This document shows positions 1 through 11,280 of a stretch of 64,000 nucleotides of DNA, piece by piece. Position 1 is the first letter of the stretch. The number at the start of each line of letters is the position of its first letter. The DNA comes from Octopus sinensis (taxonomy: Eukaryota): the NCBI RefSeq assembly GCF_006345805.1, contig NC_043009.1, forward strand, positions 31,062,001 through 31,126,000, read 5' to 3'. The notes under the pieces were generated by a model that saw nothing but the letters and a program-made list of their open reading frames with translations, had not been told where the DNA came from and did no database searches. The position numbers and the translations under genes were made by a program.

Positions 1-27
1 ATACACACACATATATATATATATATA

Positions 28-191
28 TGACAGGCTTCTTTCAGTTTCCATCTACCAAATTCACTCACAAGGCATTGGTCAGCCCGGGGCTATAGCAGAA
101 GACACTTGCCCAAGGTGCCACGCAGTGGGACTGAACCCAGAACCATGTGGTTGGTTAGCAAGCTACTTACCACACAGCCACTCCTGCACCT
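28..191 (-). mobile_element. tRNA-headed SINE, family A (5' part)
   Basis: Reverse complement reads ggagtggctgtgtggtaagtagcttgctaaccaaccacatggttctgggttcagtcccactgcgtggcaccttgggcaagtgtc...; same head recurs at 4697, 7240, 16845(-), 22870, 29757. Confidence 0.85.
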
Positions 192-823
192 ATGTGCATA
201 AATATATATAATATATAAAAATATGTGTGTGTTCATGTGTGTATGTGCATGTGTGTGTTTGTATGTGCATGTATGTGTGTGTGTCTCCTTGTCTGATCCA
301 TGCAAGCGGGAAAAAGTGGTTGCAAAACAATGATAATGACAATGATGATGTTAATGATGATGACAACAATGATGAAGAAGCCACAACAGAATCCCTTTCA
401 GCACTAGACTGATTATGTTAGGAACATATTGTCTATGAGGAAAAGAGAAATTCTTCTCATGTGACATACACAACAGTAATTAGCATGTTTTCCTTTTTTT
501 GAACCTGCTATATATTAGGAATACATTTGCAAATCATTGTTTTGAATTTCACTGACCACAGAACAAATGGCTTATTTTCACTTGGCAGATTGTAGCACAG
601 ATCAGCAAACAGTTATCAGAAATTCTAAAATGTTCAAAGGTTTTGAATTTCTTCGATTGAATCAAGTGTGTTATGAACATATTGTTATTATAAAAATTAG
701 ATGTTCTCCTGTGACATACACAACAATGGTTAGCATATTTTGTGTTTGAATCAGCTGGAAAGTATTACAAATGAACATGCAAGTTATTGTTCCAGGTTTC
801 ACAGTTTAAAGTGGAAAAAACAA

Positions 824-1010
824 TTTTTTGAATTATGTGGGTATTTACATTTATGAACAAGAACCATTATGCAACATAGACTGATGTTTGTTGAATACTG
901 TTGGTAAAGATGGTCTGAATTTATACATCAGTTATTACTGCAGGATCAAGTACATGGTGAAAGAAGAAATAGACCTTGTCAAACACATGTGTCATGACCA
1001 AAGGAGGACA
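824..1010 (+). pseudogene. Decayed C-terminal fragment of an older RTE-clade (RTE-X-like) LINE ORF
   Basis: Manual translation gives FFELCGYLHL*TRTIMQHRLMFVEYCW*RWSEFIHQLLLQDQVHGERRNRPCQTHV, which resembles the recalled RTE-X C-terminal pattern EELYG.LP...VIRQRRLRFAGHCWR...LLLW.P.HG.R.RGRP..TY. Two in-frame stops. Confidence 0.5.
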
Positions 1011-1075
1011 GTAAAGAAACTGAATTCTGTTAATGATTGAGAATAGGGAAGTGTGGAGAAAACGAGTCACTGTGA

Positions 1076-3491
1076 TCATCATCATCATCATCATCATCAT
1101 CATTTAGCGTCCGTTTTCCATGCTAGCATGGGTTGGACGGTTCTACTGGGGTCTGTGAAGCCAGAAGGCTTCATCAGGCCCAGTCAAATCTGGCAGTGTT
1201 TCTACGGCTGGATGCCCTTCCTAACGCCAACCACTCCGTGAGTGTAGTGGGTGCTTTTTACGTGCCACCCGCACTGGTGCCAGACAGAGCTGGCAAACGG
1301 CCACGAACGGATGGTGCTTTTTATGTGCCACCGGCACGAGGGCCAGGCGAGGCTGGCAACGGACACGAAACGGGGCGGTGCTGGCAACGGTCGCGAAACG
1401 GAAAGTTCTCTTACATGCCACCGGCACTGGTAACACATCTGCAATTTCCATTGATCGATTTCCATTGATCGATTTCGATTCTGATCCTCACTTGCCTCAA
1501 TGGGTCTTCACAAGCAGAGTTTCGACATGCCACCGGCACTGGTAGCACATCCGCAATTTCCATTGATCGATTTCGATTCTGATCCTCACTTGCCTCAACA
1601 CGTCTTCACAAGTAGAGTTTTGTGTCCCAAGAAGGGAAGGTATGCATACGTAGGCTGGCTCCATCCCATGTAGAAGGCCACGGGTTGTGGACTCACTTGT
1701 CCTGCCGGGTCTTCTCGCGCACAGCACACTTCCAGAGGTCTCGTCTCTAGTCATTTCCTCAGTGAGACCTAAAGTTCGAAGGTCGTGCTTCACCACCTCG
1801 TCCCAGGTTTTCCTGGGTCTGCCTCTTCCACAGGTTCCCTCAACCGCTAGGGTGTGGCACTTTTTCACACAACTATCTTCATCCATTCTCGCCACATGAC
1901 CATACCAGCGCAAACGTCTCTCTTGCACACCACAACTGATGCTTCTTAGGTCCAGCTTTTCTCTCAAGGTACTTACACTCTGCCGAGTGTGAGTACCGGC
2001 ATTACACATCCATCGGAGCATACTGGCTTCATTTCTAGCGAGCTTACGCATATCCTCAGCAGTCACGGCCCATGTTTCACTGCCATGTAGCATGGCTGTT
2101 CGTACACACGCATCATACAGTCTGCCTTTCACTCTGTGCGAGAGGCCTTTTGTCACCAGCAGAGGTAAGAGCTCTCTGAACTTTGCCCAAGCTATTCTTA
2201 CTCTAGCAGTTACACTTTCAGCACACCCGCCCCCGCTGCTGACTTGGTCACCTAGGTAACGGAAACTATCAACTATTTCTAGTTTTTCTCCCTGGAAAGT
2301 GACGGAAGTTGGTCTCAGAGCATTTTCAGTGTTTATTGTTCCTGAGTATCTGCCACATACAAAAACCATCTTCCTAGTTAGCCTTCCTTTGACATTGCTG
2401 CATCTCTTATGTGTCCATAGCTTACACTTGGTGCATCTTATAGAGTTTCTACCTACACCTTTTCTACAGATCGAGCAGGGCCATCTACCTGAAGTGTTTG
2501 TGATTTGTCTACCTTCCTACTGATTACGACTTTGGTTTTAGCTAGATTGACTCTGAGGCCCTTCGATTCTAATCCTTGTTTCCACACCTGAAACTTCTCC
2601 TCCAGTTCTGATAGCGACTCAGCAATTAGAGCAAGGTCATCAGCATAGAGGAGCTCCCAAGGGCATCCTGTCTTGAATTCCTCCGTTATTGCCTGGAGGA
2701 CTATGATAAATAGGAGGGGGCTGAGTACTGACCTTGGTGGACCCCTACCTCTACCCGGAATTCTTCACTGTACTCATTTCCAACCCTCACCCTACTAGCG
2801 GCGTCCCTATACATGGCCCGCACAGCTCTCACTAACCATTCATCTATCCCTAGTTTTCTCATTGCCCACCAGATAAGGGAACGGGGACCCTGTCGAAGGC
2901 TTTCTCCATGTCAACAAAAGCCAGGTACAGGGGCTTATCTTTGGCTAGGTATTTCTCCTGCAGCTGCCTTACCAGGAATATAGCATCAGTAGTACTTTTC
3001 CCTGGCACAAACCCAAACTGCATCTCATCTAAACTAACTCTCTCTCTAATTAGTTGGGCTATGACCCTCTCCGTAACCTTCATCACCTGGTCCAACAGCT
3101 TGATACCTCTGTAGTTATTTGTATCTAGGGCATCACCTTTACCTTTGTAGCAGTTGACTATTATACTGCTACACCAGTCATTGGGTATGACCCCATTGTG
3201 TATCACCTGATTAACTATATGGGTGACTAGGCTATAGCCGACACTACCAGACATTTTGAGCATCTCTGCAGTGATTCCTGATGGGCCTGGGGCTTTCCCT
3301 GTCTTCATGCTTCTAATTGCCTTAGCTACCACAGAACTATCAACTCGGATAGCTGGTCCCTCTGTTGGGTCAACATTCGGCAGACTCTCTTTATCCCATT
3401 CATTTTCTTCATTCAGCAACCTTTCATAGTGGCATCTCCAAACCTCTCTCTTTGCATCCTCATTTAGCGCAAGTGAACCATCTTCCATGCG
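1076..3491 (-). mobile_element. Young 5'-truncated RTE-clade LINE, copy 1
   Basis: RT ORF remnants, ~600-bp 3'UTR, terminal motif ggcgttaggaagggcatccag...aacccatgctagcatggaaaacggacgctaaa followed by a (GAT)n tail at ~1076-1101. Near-identical to 53210-54692 over ~1.5 kb. Confidence 0.95.
1693..3488 (-). pseudogene. RTE reverse-transcriptase ORF (RT plus C-terminal region) broken by four -1 frameshifts
   Basis: Motifs KAPGPSG, YRGIKLLDQVMKV, QFGFVPGKSTTDAI, FVDMEKAFDRV, GVHQG(S)VLSPLLF, LYADDL (YADD codons at 2636-2647), FRYLG, RRLRWYGHV, RGRPRKTW. Single-base losses near 2884, 2731, 2494 and 1743; stop TGA at 1693-1695. Confidence 0.93.
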
Positions 3492-4104
3492 AGGAGAGAA
3501 GTGTGATATGAGTGCATCTAAATTGACAGAAGTTATTATTTACATCTTAATTTGCTGAAATCATTCTGCACAGGATGATAGACATGCCCTGATTCATTGA
3601 GGGTTAGGTTATGTGTACCTCAGAGATTTCCCCATCTGGTTTAATCCACCTGTCAAAATTGTTTGAGTGTGGTCAACAGATATACTGCAGCTTTTGAGCT
3701 GTGTTGAGAGCTGAGGACTAGACAAAAGCAAAAATTAAAAGAGTTGCTACTGAGAGAACATATGATGCACTTCCATCGAACACTATTCACACTCAATGAT
3801 TGACAAGAATAACAGGCTCAGGGGAAAGGGTTGCAGAGAGGGTGCAAGAACACCTTTTAAAATTTGGAGTATGGCTATGAAAATGCTTTGAACATCTTCC
3901 TGAAAACTGGGTTTGCATCCACTTAGCAAATTTTGTTCTTGCACTTATGACTACAATAATGGCAAAAAATTACAGAAAATACAAACAAGTGACATGAAGA
4001 TAGTTTTCTCTTAAATATTTCATTTGTTTTTTCAAACTAGAATTTACTACCATTGATTTTAAAATAATTAAAAAAATAAAGATATTTATTGTCTTGATGA
4101 AACG

Positions 4105-4270
4105 TGCAGGTATGGTTGTGCGGTTATAAAGCTTGCTTTGCAACCACATGGTTTCAGGTTCAGTTCCACAATGCATCACCTTGGGTAAGTATCTTCAACT
4201 AAATCCATAGGCTGTTCAAATTTTCATGAGAATTTGGTGCATGGAAACTGTATGGGAGCCTGTCATATAT
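4105..4270 (+). mobile_element. SINE family A, degenerate 5' part
   Basis: caggtatggttgtgcggttataaagcttgctttgcaaccacatggtttcaggttcagttccac...ccttgggtaagtatcttc...ggaaactg, followed by a (TA/TG) tract. Confidence 0.75.
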
Positions 4271-4317
4271 ACATATGTGTACATACATGTGTGTGTGTGT
4301 GTGTGTGTATATAGTTG

Positions 4318-4460
4318 AAATTTATTGAAAATCAAAAAAACGAAGACATGTATGAACAACCAGGTGTATTTGTTTGATACCTGGGAAAATGAAAAAGTCT
4401 TGTTTCACTCATACGCTCTTTAACAGAAAGGAATAAGAGAAAATAGACAGAGAGAGAATG
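4318..4460 (-). mobile_element. Penelope-like terminal-repeat remnant with degenerate hammerhead-like motif (4397-4431)
   Basis: Reverse complement ccttt-ctgttaa-a-gagc-gtat-gagt-gaaac-aagac...caaatacacctg...aaatttcaactata; homologous to 8930-9050 and 9255-9450. Confidence 0.6.
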
Positions 4461-4696
4461 AAAAAAACATGTAGAATTCAGCAGTCCAGCATGGCAAATA
4501 TATATGTGTGTATATATATATATATGTGTGTGTGTGTGTACTTTATTATTATTAAAGCTGCAAAAGCAACACAAAAAAAATCACAAAAATCTACTACTCA
4601 GAGTTTCATGTTCCTGTTGATCAGACAATTTAGATTCCAACAAACAGGAATGTGAAACTCTGAGTAGCAGAATTTTGTGAGTGCTGTGTGGACAGG

Positions 4697-5030
4697 CATA
4701 GGAGTGGCTGTGTGGTAAATAGCTTGCTTATGAACCACATGGTTCCAGGTTCAGTCCCACTGTACGGCACCCTGGGTAAGTATCTTCAACTATGGCCTCG
4801 GGCCAACCAAAACCTTATGAGTGGATTTGTGTGTGTGTTTGTTCCTCCCAACATTGCTTGACAACCAATGCTGGTGTGTTTACATCCCCATAACTTAGTG
4901 GTTCAGCAAAAGAGACCTATAGAATAAGTACTAGGCTTGCAAAGAATAAGTCCTGAGGTCAATTTGCATGACTAAAGGCAGTGCTCCAGCATGGCCACAG
5001 TAAAATGACTGAAACAAGTAAAAGAGTATA
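4697..5030 (+). mobile_element. SINE family A, near full length
   Basis: tRNA-like head, internal (TG)n, tail ...aaggcagtgctccagcatggccacagtaaaatgactgaaacaagtaaaagag. Confidence 0.85.
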
Positions 5031-5376
5031 AAGCATATTACTCTACCTCCGGTATTCAAGTACTATTTTTTCCCCACCTTGTTTCACATTAATGTGCTTA
5101 CTTTGGTATATATATATATATATATATAATTATAGAGGGCACATGAGGTGCCTACTTGCTAGAAAGTGGGGCTAAATCCTCAACTGAACCACCAAATTAT
5201 GCTGAAATACACAACAGAACTGAAGGTGGCACTGCAGCATGGCCACTGTCCAATAACTGAAACAAATAAAAAAATAAACATGCAAGAGGGAATACAGTTC
5301 TTGCAATATATTTTAAACCCTTGATTCAAAGACACGGAATTTATAAATGCATATTGTTTTCAATATTTTCTCCTGG

Positions 5377-5592
5377 CAAGGCGGCAAGTTAGCAGAAACG
5401 TTAGCATGCCAGGTGAAATGCATAGCAGTATTTCGTCTGTCTTTGCGTTCTGAGTTCGAATTCCACCAAGGTCAACCTTGCCTTTCGTCCTTTCGGAGTT
5501 GATAAATTAAGTGCCAGTTGCATACTGGGTTTGACCTAATCAACGGGTCCCTTACCCCAAAATTTCGGGCCTTGTGCCTAGAGTAGAAGAGA
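5377..5592 (+). mobile_element. tRNA-headed SINE, family C
   Basis: aaggcggcaagttagcagaaacgttagcatgcc...gagttcgaattccaccaaggtcaaccttgcctttc...gataaattaagtgccag; A-box and B-box like motifs present; recurs at 29279, 51085, 51283, 60945(-), 63705. Confidence 0.85.
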
Positions 5593-5929
5593 ATATTTTC
5601 TCCTGGTTTTTGTCTTTTAATCTCACAGGAATGTCATCTTAGCAACCAAGACTTCATAAATTCTATAACTACTAAATTAGTTGCTACTTCATCAGAAGAC
5701 ACTAAAAAGTAATTTAAAACTTTAAACGTCTTTCTTCAAGTTAAAAATCTTACTGAAAGTTCTTGCTCTCTATAAATTAATTAATTTTCATCCAATTTTC
5801 ATTTATTTCTTTCTTTACTTTTTAAAAATTTTCTGTTGTTGTTGTTGTCATCTTTTATAATAAAATATATAATGGAAATGTAATGTGGCGAAAATTTGTG
5901 GCTGCATCTCTAAGTATGCAATAATCAAC

Positions 5930-6150
5930 CTCATCACCAACATCATCATCATCACCAACATCATCATCATGAACATCATCATCATCATTATCACCACCAT
6001 CATGACCAACATCACCATCATCAATGATAACACTAACAATAAAAACAATACCATGACGAGTACACGATCACCACCACCACCACCAACAACAACGGCAACA
6101 ACACTGCCACCTCACGCATCAACACCATTATCGTCTTCATGTTGTTGATG
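5930..6150. repeat. Degenerate (CAT/CAC/CAA)n trinucleotide tract
   Basis: Direct reading; source of the poly-M/V and poly-I/T ORF artefacts. Confidence 0.9.
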
Positions 6151-6294
6151 ATATTAAATAATGCAATATAACTTTCACTTGATTAGTAATTTTATATGAA
6201 AATGTAAATTGTAATGGAAACTGAAATAAAATCACTAATTAATGAAAAGATTAATTAAAAATATTTGTGTTAATAAAGCTGCTAGCCAAAATAT

Positions 6295-6297
<3 letters not shown>

Positions 6298-6354
<57 letters not shown>

Positions 6355-6503
6355 CATATATATACACACACACATATATGCACATATATGCACATATATA
6401 CACAAATATATATATACACACACATATATATACACACACATATATATATATATACACACATATATATACACACATATATATATACACACATATATATATA
6501 CAC

Positions 6504-6572
<69 letters not shown>

Positions 6573-6765
6573 CACATATATATATATATATACACATATA
6601 TATACATATATATATATACACACACATATATATATACACACACACATATATATGTGTGTGTGTATATCTGTGCATGCACATAGATATTTATATATAAATA
6701 TACATATATATGCATATATGTATACATTTACACACATATATATGTATTTATGTGTGTGTGTATAC
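6298..6765. repeat. Compound (TA)n/(CA)n microsatellite
   Basis: About 470 bp of tata/taca/caca units; source of six YI-rich ORF artefacts. Confidence 0.95.
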
Positions 6766-7239
6766 AGAAATACACAATTTTGGACAACTATATTTGGTCA
6801 AGAATTCTTCCTTAGTTACTCTTCTCAAAAAAATTACTTCAAATTTAGCTGAATTCTTTCAATTTGGAATATTTCCAATATGTATCATACATAGACGCAC
6901 ACAAACACACATATGTTCAACATTTATCTAAATACGCACACATTCAAACAAAATCACATGCACACTCACACACACACACACACATTATATACGATATAAA
7001 TATATTATTTTGAAGTTGGATATTTGAAAGATGGTCTAGCATAAGATTGGAAAATGGAGTTGGCAGAGGAAGACTAAATATAAGAAACAAACAGAAATGG
7101 TGAGTTTAGATCCTAAGATTTCGTGTATAACAAATGTGATGGCACAGGAACACTGGAAGGAACTGTGCAAGGACTATGGGAAGTAGACATATTCTGCCCA
7201 TTCCAATATGGAAGCAGCAGATGAAACTTTGGCAGATAT

Positions 7240-7655
7240 GACAGGAGCGGCTGTGTGGTAAGTAGCTTGTTTACCAACCACATGGTTCCGGGCTCAGTCC
7301 CAATGTGTGGCACCTTGGGCAAGTGTCTTCTACTATAGCCTCGGGCCGACCAAAGCCTTGTGAGTGGATTTGGTAGATGGAAACTGAAAAGAAGCTCATC
7401 GTATATATGTATATATATATATATATATATGCGTGTGTGTGTGTTTGTGTGTCTGTGTTTGTCCCCCCCAACATTGCTTGACAACCAATGCTGGTGTGTT
7501 TATGTCCCTGTCACTTAGCAGTTCGGCAAAAGAGACCGATAGAATAAGTACTGGGCTTACAAAAGAATAAGTCCCGGGGTCGAGTTGCTTGATTAAAGGC
7601 GGTGCTCCAGCATGGCCGCAGTCAAATGACTGAAACAAGTAAAAAAGTAAAAAAG
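7240..7655 (+). mobile_element. SINE family A, full length
   Basis: caggagcggctgtgtggtaagtagcttg...gggctcagtcccaatgtgtggcaccttgggcaagtgtc...gaaactgaaaagaagc + (TA)(TG) + ...aaaggcggtgctccagcatggccgcagtcaaatgactgaaacaagtaaaaaagtaaaaaag. Confidence 0.9.
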
Positions 7656-7754
7656 TATGGCAGCAATAACAATAGACTTCCGTGACTGTACCTCTAATGT
7701 ACATCAGCCTTGGAACTGGTACTCTGATTGTTATAATTATGAAAGACCCAGTTG

Positions 7755-8036
7755 ATCTGATCAACAAAACAGCCTGCTCATCAAAATAAAAAAAAAGGCA
7801 AGTGGCTGAGCATTCCACAGATACATGTATCCTTAACATAATTCTCAGGGCTATTTAACGTGGCACAGGATGTGGTGAGGCCAGCCCTTTGAAATACAGG
7901 CACAACTCATATTTACCAGCTGGGTGGCCAGGAGCAGCATGGAATAAAGTGTTTTGCTTAAGAACAAAAGATGCTGCTGGGAATTGAACTCACGAACTCA
8001 CAAACATGAGCCAAATACCCTAACAATTAGGCCATA
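7755..8036 (-). mobile_element. tRNA-headed SINE, family B, degenerate
   Basis: Reverse complement aligns along its length with the well-preserved copy at 20743-21063. Confidence 0.75.
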
Positions 8037-8194
8037 TGATTTCACTAGCCTTCAACCCCTTGCATAAAACCATCTCCTTTTCTCTCAAATAATATTCTCA
8101 TTCAGTTAAGGGTTTTTTTTTCCTTTTCCTTTCATTGTTTTGTCTTTCAAGGTACCTGGTCACCTCACTGGTGCTGGTGTTATGACAAAAATCA

Positions 8195-8340
8195 TCCACT
8201 TTACTCCATGTTGCTCCAGTCCACCCAGCTGGTAAATATGAATAGTACCTGCATTTCAAAGGGCTGGCCTCATCACATTCTGTGCCCCACTGAATATCCC
8301 TGAGAACTATATTAAGGATACATGTATCTGTGAAGCGCTC
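8195..8340 (+). mobile_element. SINE family B, internal fragment
   Basis: catgttgctccagtccacccagctgg...atttcaaagggctggcc...ccctgagaactatattaaggatacatgtatctgtg, matching 20840-20970. Confidence 0.75.
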
Positions 8341-9050
8341 GGGGACCATCCGGACTCCTGCCTTCGCCATGAACAAGAATTAATCTTCTCTCTTCACTCT
8401 TTTGCACCACATGGGCTCAAATCCCTTCCTCTCCTCTGTTCACTCCTACCCACTTCTCCTCTCTTGCCCTGACACCTACTTCCCCTCTTCACTCCTATCC
8501 ACCTTCTCCCTTCAGTGATACTCACTCCATCCACATCCCAAGCCCATAAATACCACTCCCACATACCTCATCTCTAAGCCCACATACCCCACCCCTACCC
8601 CTACATCCTCAACCCAAACCCTACCCTCACATTCTCACACCCCCAACACTGCCTCACCATCCTGCACACACTAGTACTTTCCAGCACCCACACCATCCAC
8701 ACACCCACACATTACACACACACACATCCACAGGTAAGTCACCAGCCCCTATCCACACGCACGCACTTAGACACTCACATACACTCACACGCACGTGCAC
8801 CTTTGGTTTGGGATCACCAATTGTTTATTATCTCCCCTTCTTCCTAGCTCTCCTGTCTAACTACCTCTGTTTAGCCATTTGCCATGATTGACTGCTAACT
8901 CCAAAAGTTTGTTTTATTCTCCCTCTGTTTATTTCCTCCTGTTCCTTTCTATTGAAGATCATAGGCTTGAAACATAAAAGACATTCTCACCTTCCCAAGC
9001 GTCAAACTAATACACCTGTCTTCAATGTTTTGTTCTGTAAATTTCAACTA
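8341..9050 (+). mobile_element. Penelope-like element 3' end: GIY-YIG C-terminal remnant, pyrimidine-rich UTR and degenerate hammerhead-like motif (8945-8982)
   Basis: 8341-8430 translates GDHPDSCLRHEQELIFSLHSFAPHGLKS, resembling the recalled RE..LI..L.T..P.GLN end of PLE GIY-YIG endonucleases; followed ~520 bp later by cttt-ctattga-a-gatc-atag-gctt-gaaac-ata-aaagac. Confidence 0.6.
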
Positions 9051-9099
9051 TATATATATGTATATATATATGTATATATATATACATACACACACAGAC

Positions 9100-9132
<33 letters not shown>

Positions 9133-9326
9133 GAGACACATATATATATACATACATATGCATATTTACATGTATGCATACACATATATACATGCATATA
9201 CATATATATCTATATGTATATATATATATATATATATGCACACAGACACACACATCGCCATGTTGATTCGTTAGCTACTGCACGCATTTTTTTCTCTCCT
9301 TTCTGTGTTTTTTTTCTCTCTGTGTA

Positions 9327-9364
9327 TCTTTCTGTTGAAGAGCGTAGGCTCGAAACGTTAAAGA
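9327..9364 (+). ncRNA. Minimal type-I hammerhead-ribozyme-like motif with variant core CUGUUGA
   Basis: tcttt|CTGTTGA|A|gagc-gtag-gctc|GAAAC|GTT|aaaga: 5-bp stem I, 4-bp stem II, palindromic AACGTT stem III. Lies in a Penelope-like terminal repeat (9255-9450). Confidence 0.65.
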
Positions 9365-9677
9365 CTTGTTTTATTTATATTTCCTGAGCGCCATACTAAT
9401 ACAATTGTTCGTTTGTTTCCACCTGCCTTCGTCTTTTGTCTATTTTCATAAAGCTTCCCGTTATATATATATATATATATACAAAAAAGGGTGGAATATA
9501 ATTAATTTAATAAAATTAATAAATTTCACCTAGTAGATTTATCGGTATGGAAAAGACCATCTTTTGCAATAAGTTGCTCAAAACCACATACCGAAAATAT
9601 TAGAAATAGCAGTCAAATTGATCACTATTTCCTCTTGCAACCACTTGTTGCAATTAACCCTTAATTATAATATATAG

Positions 9678-9725
<48 letters not shown>

Positions 9726-10879
9726 CCTATATATATACCTATATATATAATATACATATATATACATTAAATGGACCTGTAGGCATAGTGTGTGGATTTC
9801 AGCTTGGCAAGCTGTTGTCCACCTTAAATAAATTCATACCAACAGTTCATTTGAGCTCCACACCTCCACCTTCATCTGCTTCTTTCTTGTTGATAGATAG
9901 GTATCTTTTATTTTTCATAGCAGCAAAAAAACCCAGCTGATGAGGCCAATGTTTTCAATCTATACGTGTAACTTGTAGAGTATGAACTGTTGGTTGCATA
10001 TAAAGGGAAGTCTTTGTATCTTTTGATTAAGTTAGATGAAGAGCGAAACTAAAAGATGACAAGAAAGATGCAGGCTGAAGTGAGAAGTAAAAAATTGCGA
10101 GTGAAATCAGTCAATAGAAAAGTTGTGGCCAGCCCCGAAGAGCAAAGGCCATGCTAATAACTTTGAAATATGAGAAATATGAAGAAACTTTTATAAAGTT
10201 AAAATGAATTTCCTTAAAGGCAAAACCTAACAAATGGAGATGACAAGAAGAGAATGATTCTATAAGAGAATCTGATATCAATTTGACATGAGCTGTGGAA
10301 TATGCAGCTAGATCTAAATGCAAAAATTTGGATGTTTCACAAAAGTTATAACCCTTTTGATAGCAACATTTCTGATACCAACAATCCATGGTTTTATGAA
10401 GAACAATTCCTGTTTTAAAGTGGACAAAAATAAAAAATTTCCATAAAAATTTCAGGTTATGTTGCAAAAACCAGATTAATTTTTTACAAAGTTATTTAAC
10501 TAAATTTTTCAATATTTTCGTGATTGCTTGATACAATGGTAACATATTTCAACTGAAGTATGGTAAGAATATAATTAAAGAATCACTGATAGGAATGAAA
10601 TAATCCCCAAATGACCTACTTTCATATTGTACGTAATATTATATATAATCCTTTGTGTTGTTACACTTAATCATCAGGATTAATGAAGAGAAAATTTGCA
10701 AACTGCAGGATAATGATGAAAACAGATTTACATACTCCTCAATACTGATGAGAGTAAAATATATTTTCTTACTCGTGATTGTAAATGAAGCAAAGTATAC
10801 ACGCATACACACACACTAACCACTGATTAATGAGTAGACTCCTGATTCAACTACAACTAGGTGCATAAATATATCCTTT

Positions 10880-11106
10880 CATTTATATATATATGTACAT
10901 ATACGTATATACATATACACATAAATATACACACATATATACACATATATATATACACACACACACACATACACACATACACATGTGCATGCATATATAT
11001 TTATAATTATATATATATATATATATACATACACACACACACACACATAAATGCATGCATGCATACGTGTATATATATTTATATATGCATATATATATAT
11101 ATACAC

Positions 11107-11137
<31 letters not shown>

Positions 11138-11280
11138 TATATATATATATACATACACACACATATAAATACATGCATGCATACGTATATAAATATTTAT
11201 AACTATACAAACATATATATACACACACACACACACACATGTGAACACACACACACACATGCCCCTGTACACATATAAAT
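10880..11280. repeat. Compound (TA)n/(CA)n microsatellite
   Basis: Direct reading. Confidence 0.95.

Noticed and set aside
1040-1076. Target-site duplications for the two young RTE copies
   Set aside because: Only short loose matches (gaagtgtg near copy 1; cacata.acac within a microsatellite at copy 2), none directly abutting both ends.
6235-6852. Cluster of 100-160 aa ORFs rich in Y/I/H/T/C (also 10861-11300, 56597-57127, 61872-62309)
   Set aside because: Translations of (TA)n/(CA)n microsatellites, which lack stop codons in several frames.
10240-10420. Plus-frame ENLISI*HELWNMQLDLNAKIWMFHKSYNPFDSNISD, faintly like a hAT transposase segment; 118-aa minus ORF at 10111-10467
   Set aside because: Similarity rests on NPF and spacing only, with several stops and no TIRs; needs a tBLASTn against hAT proteins.
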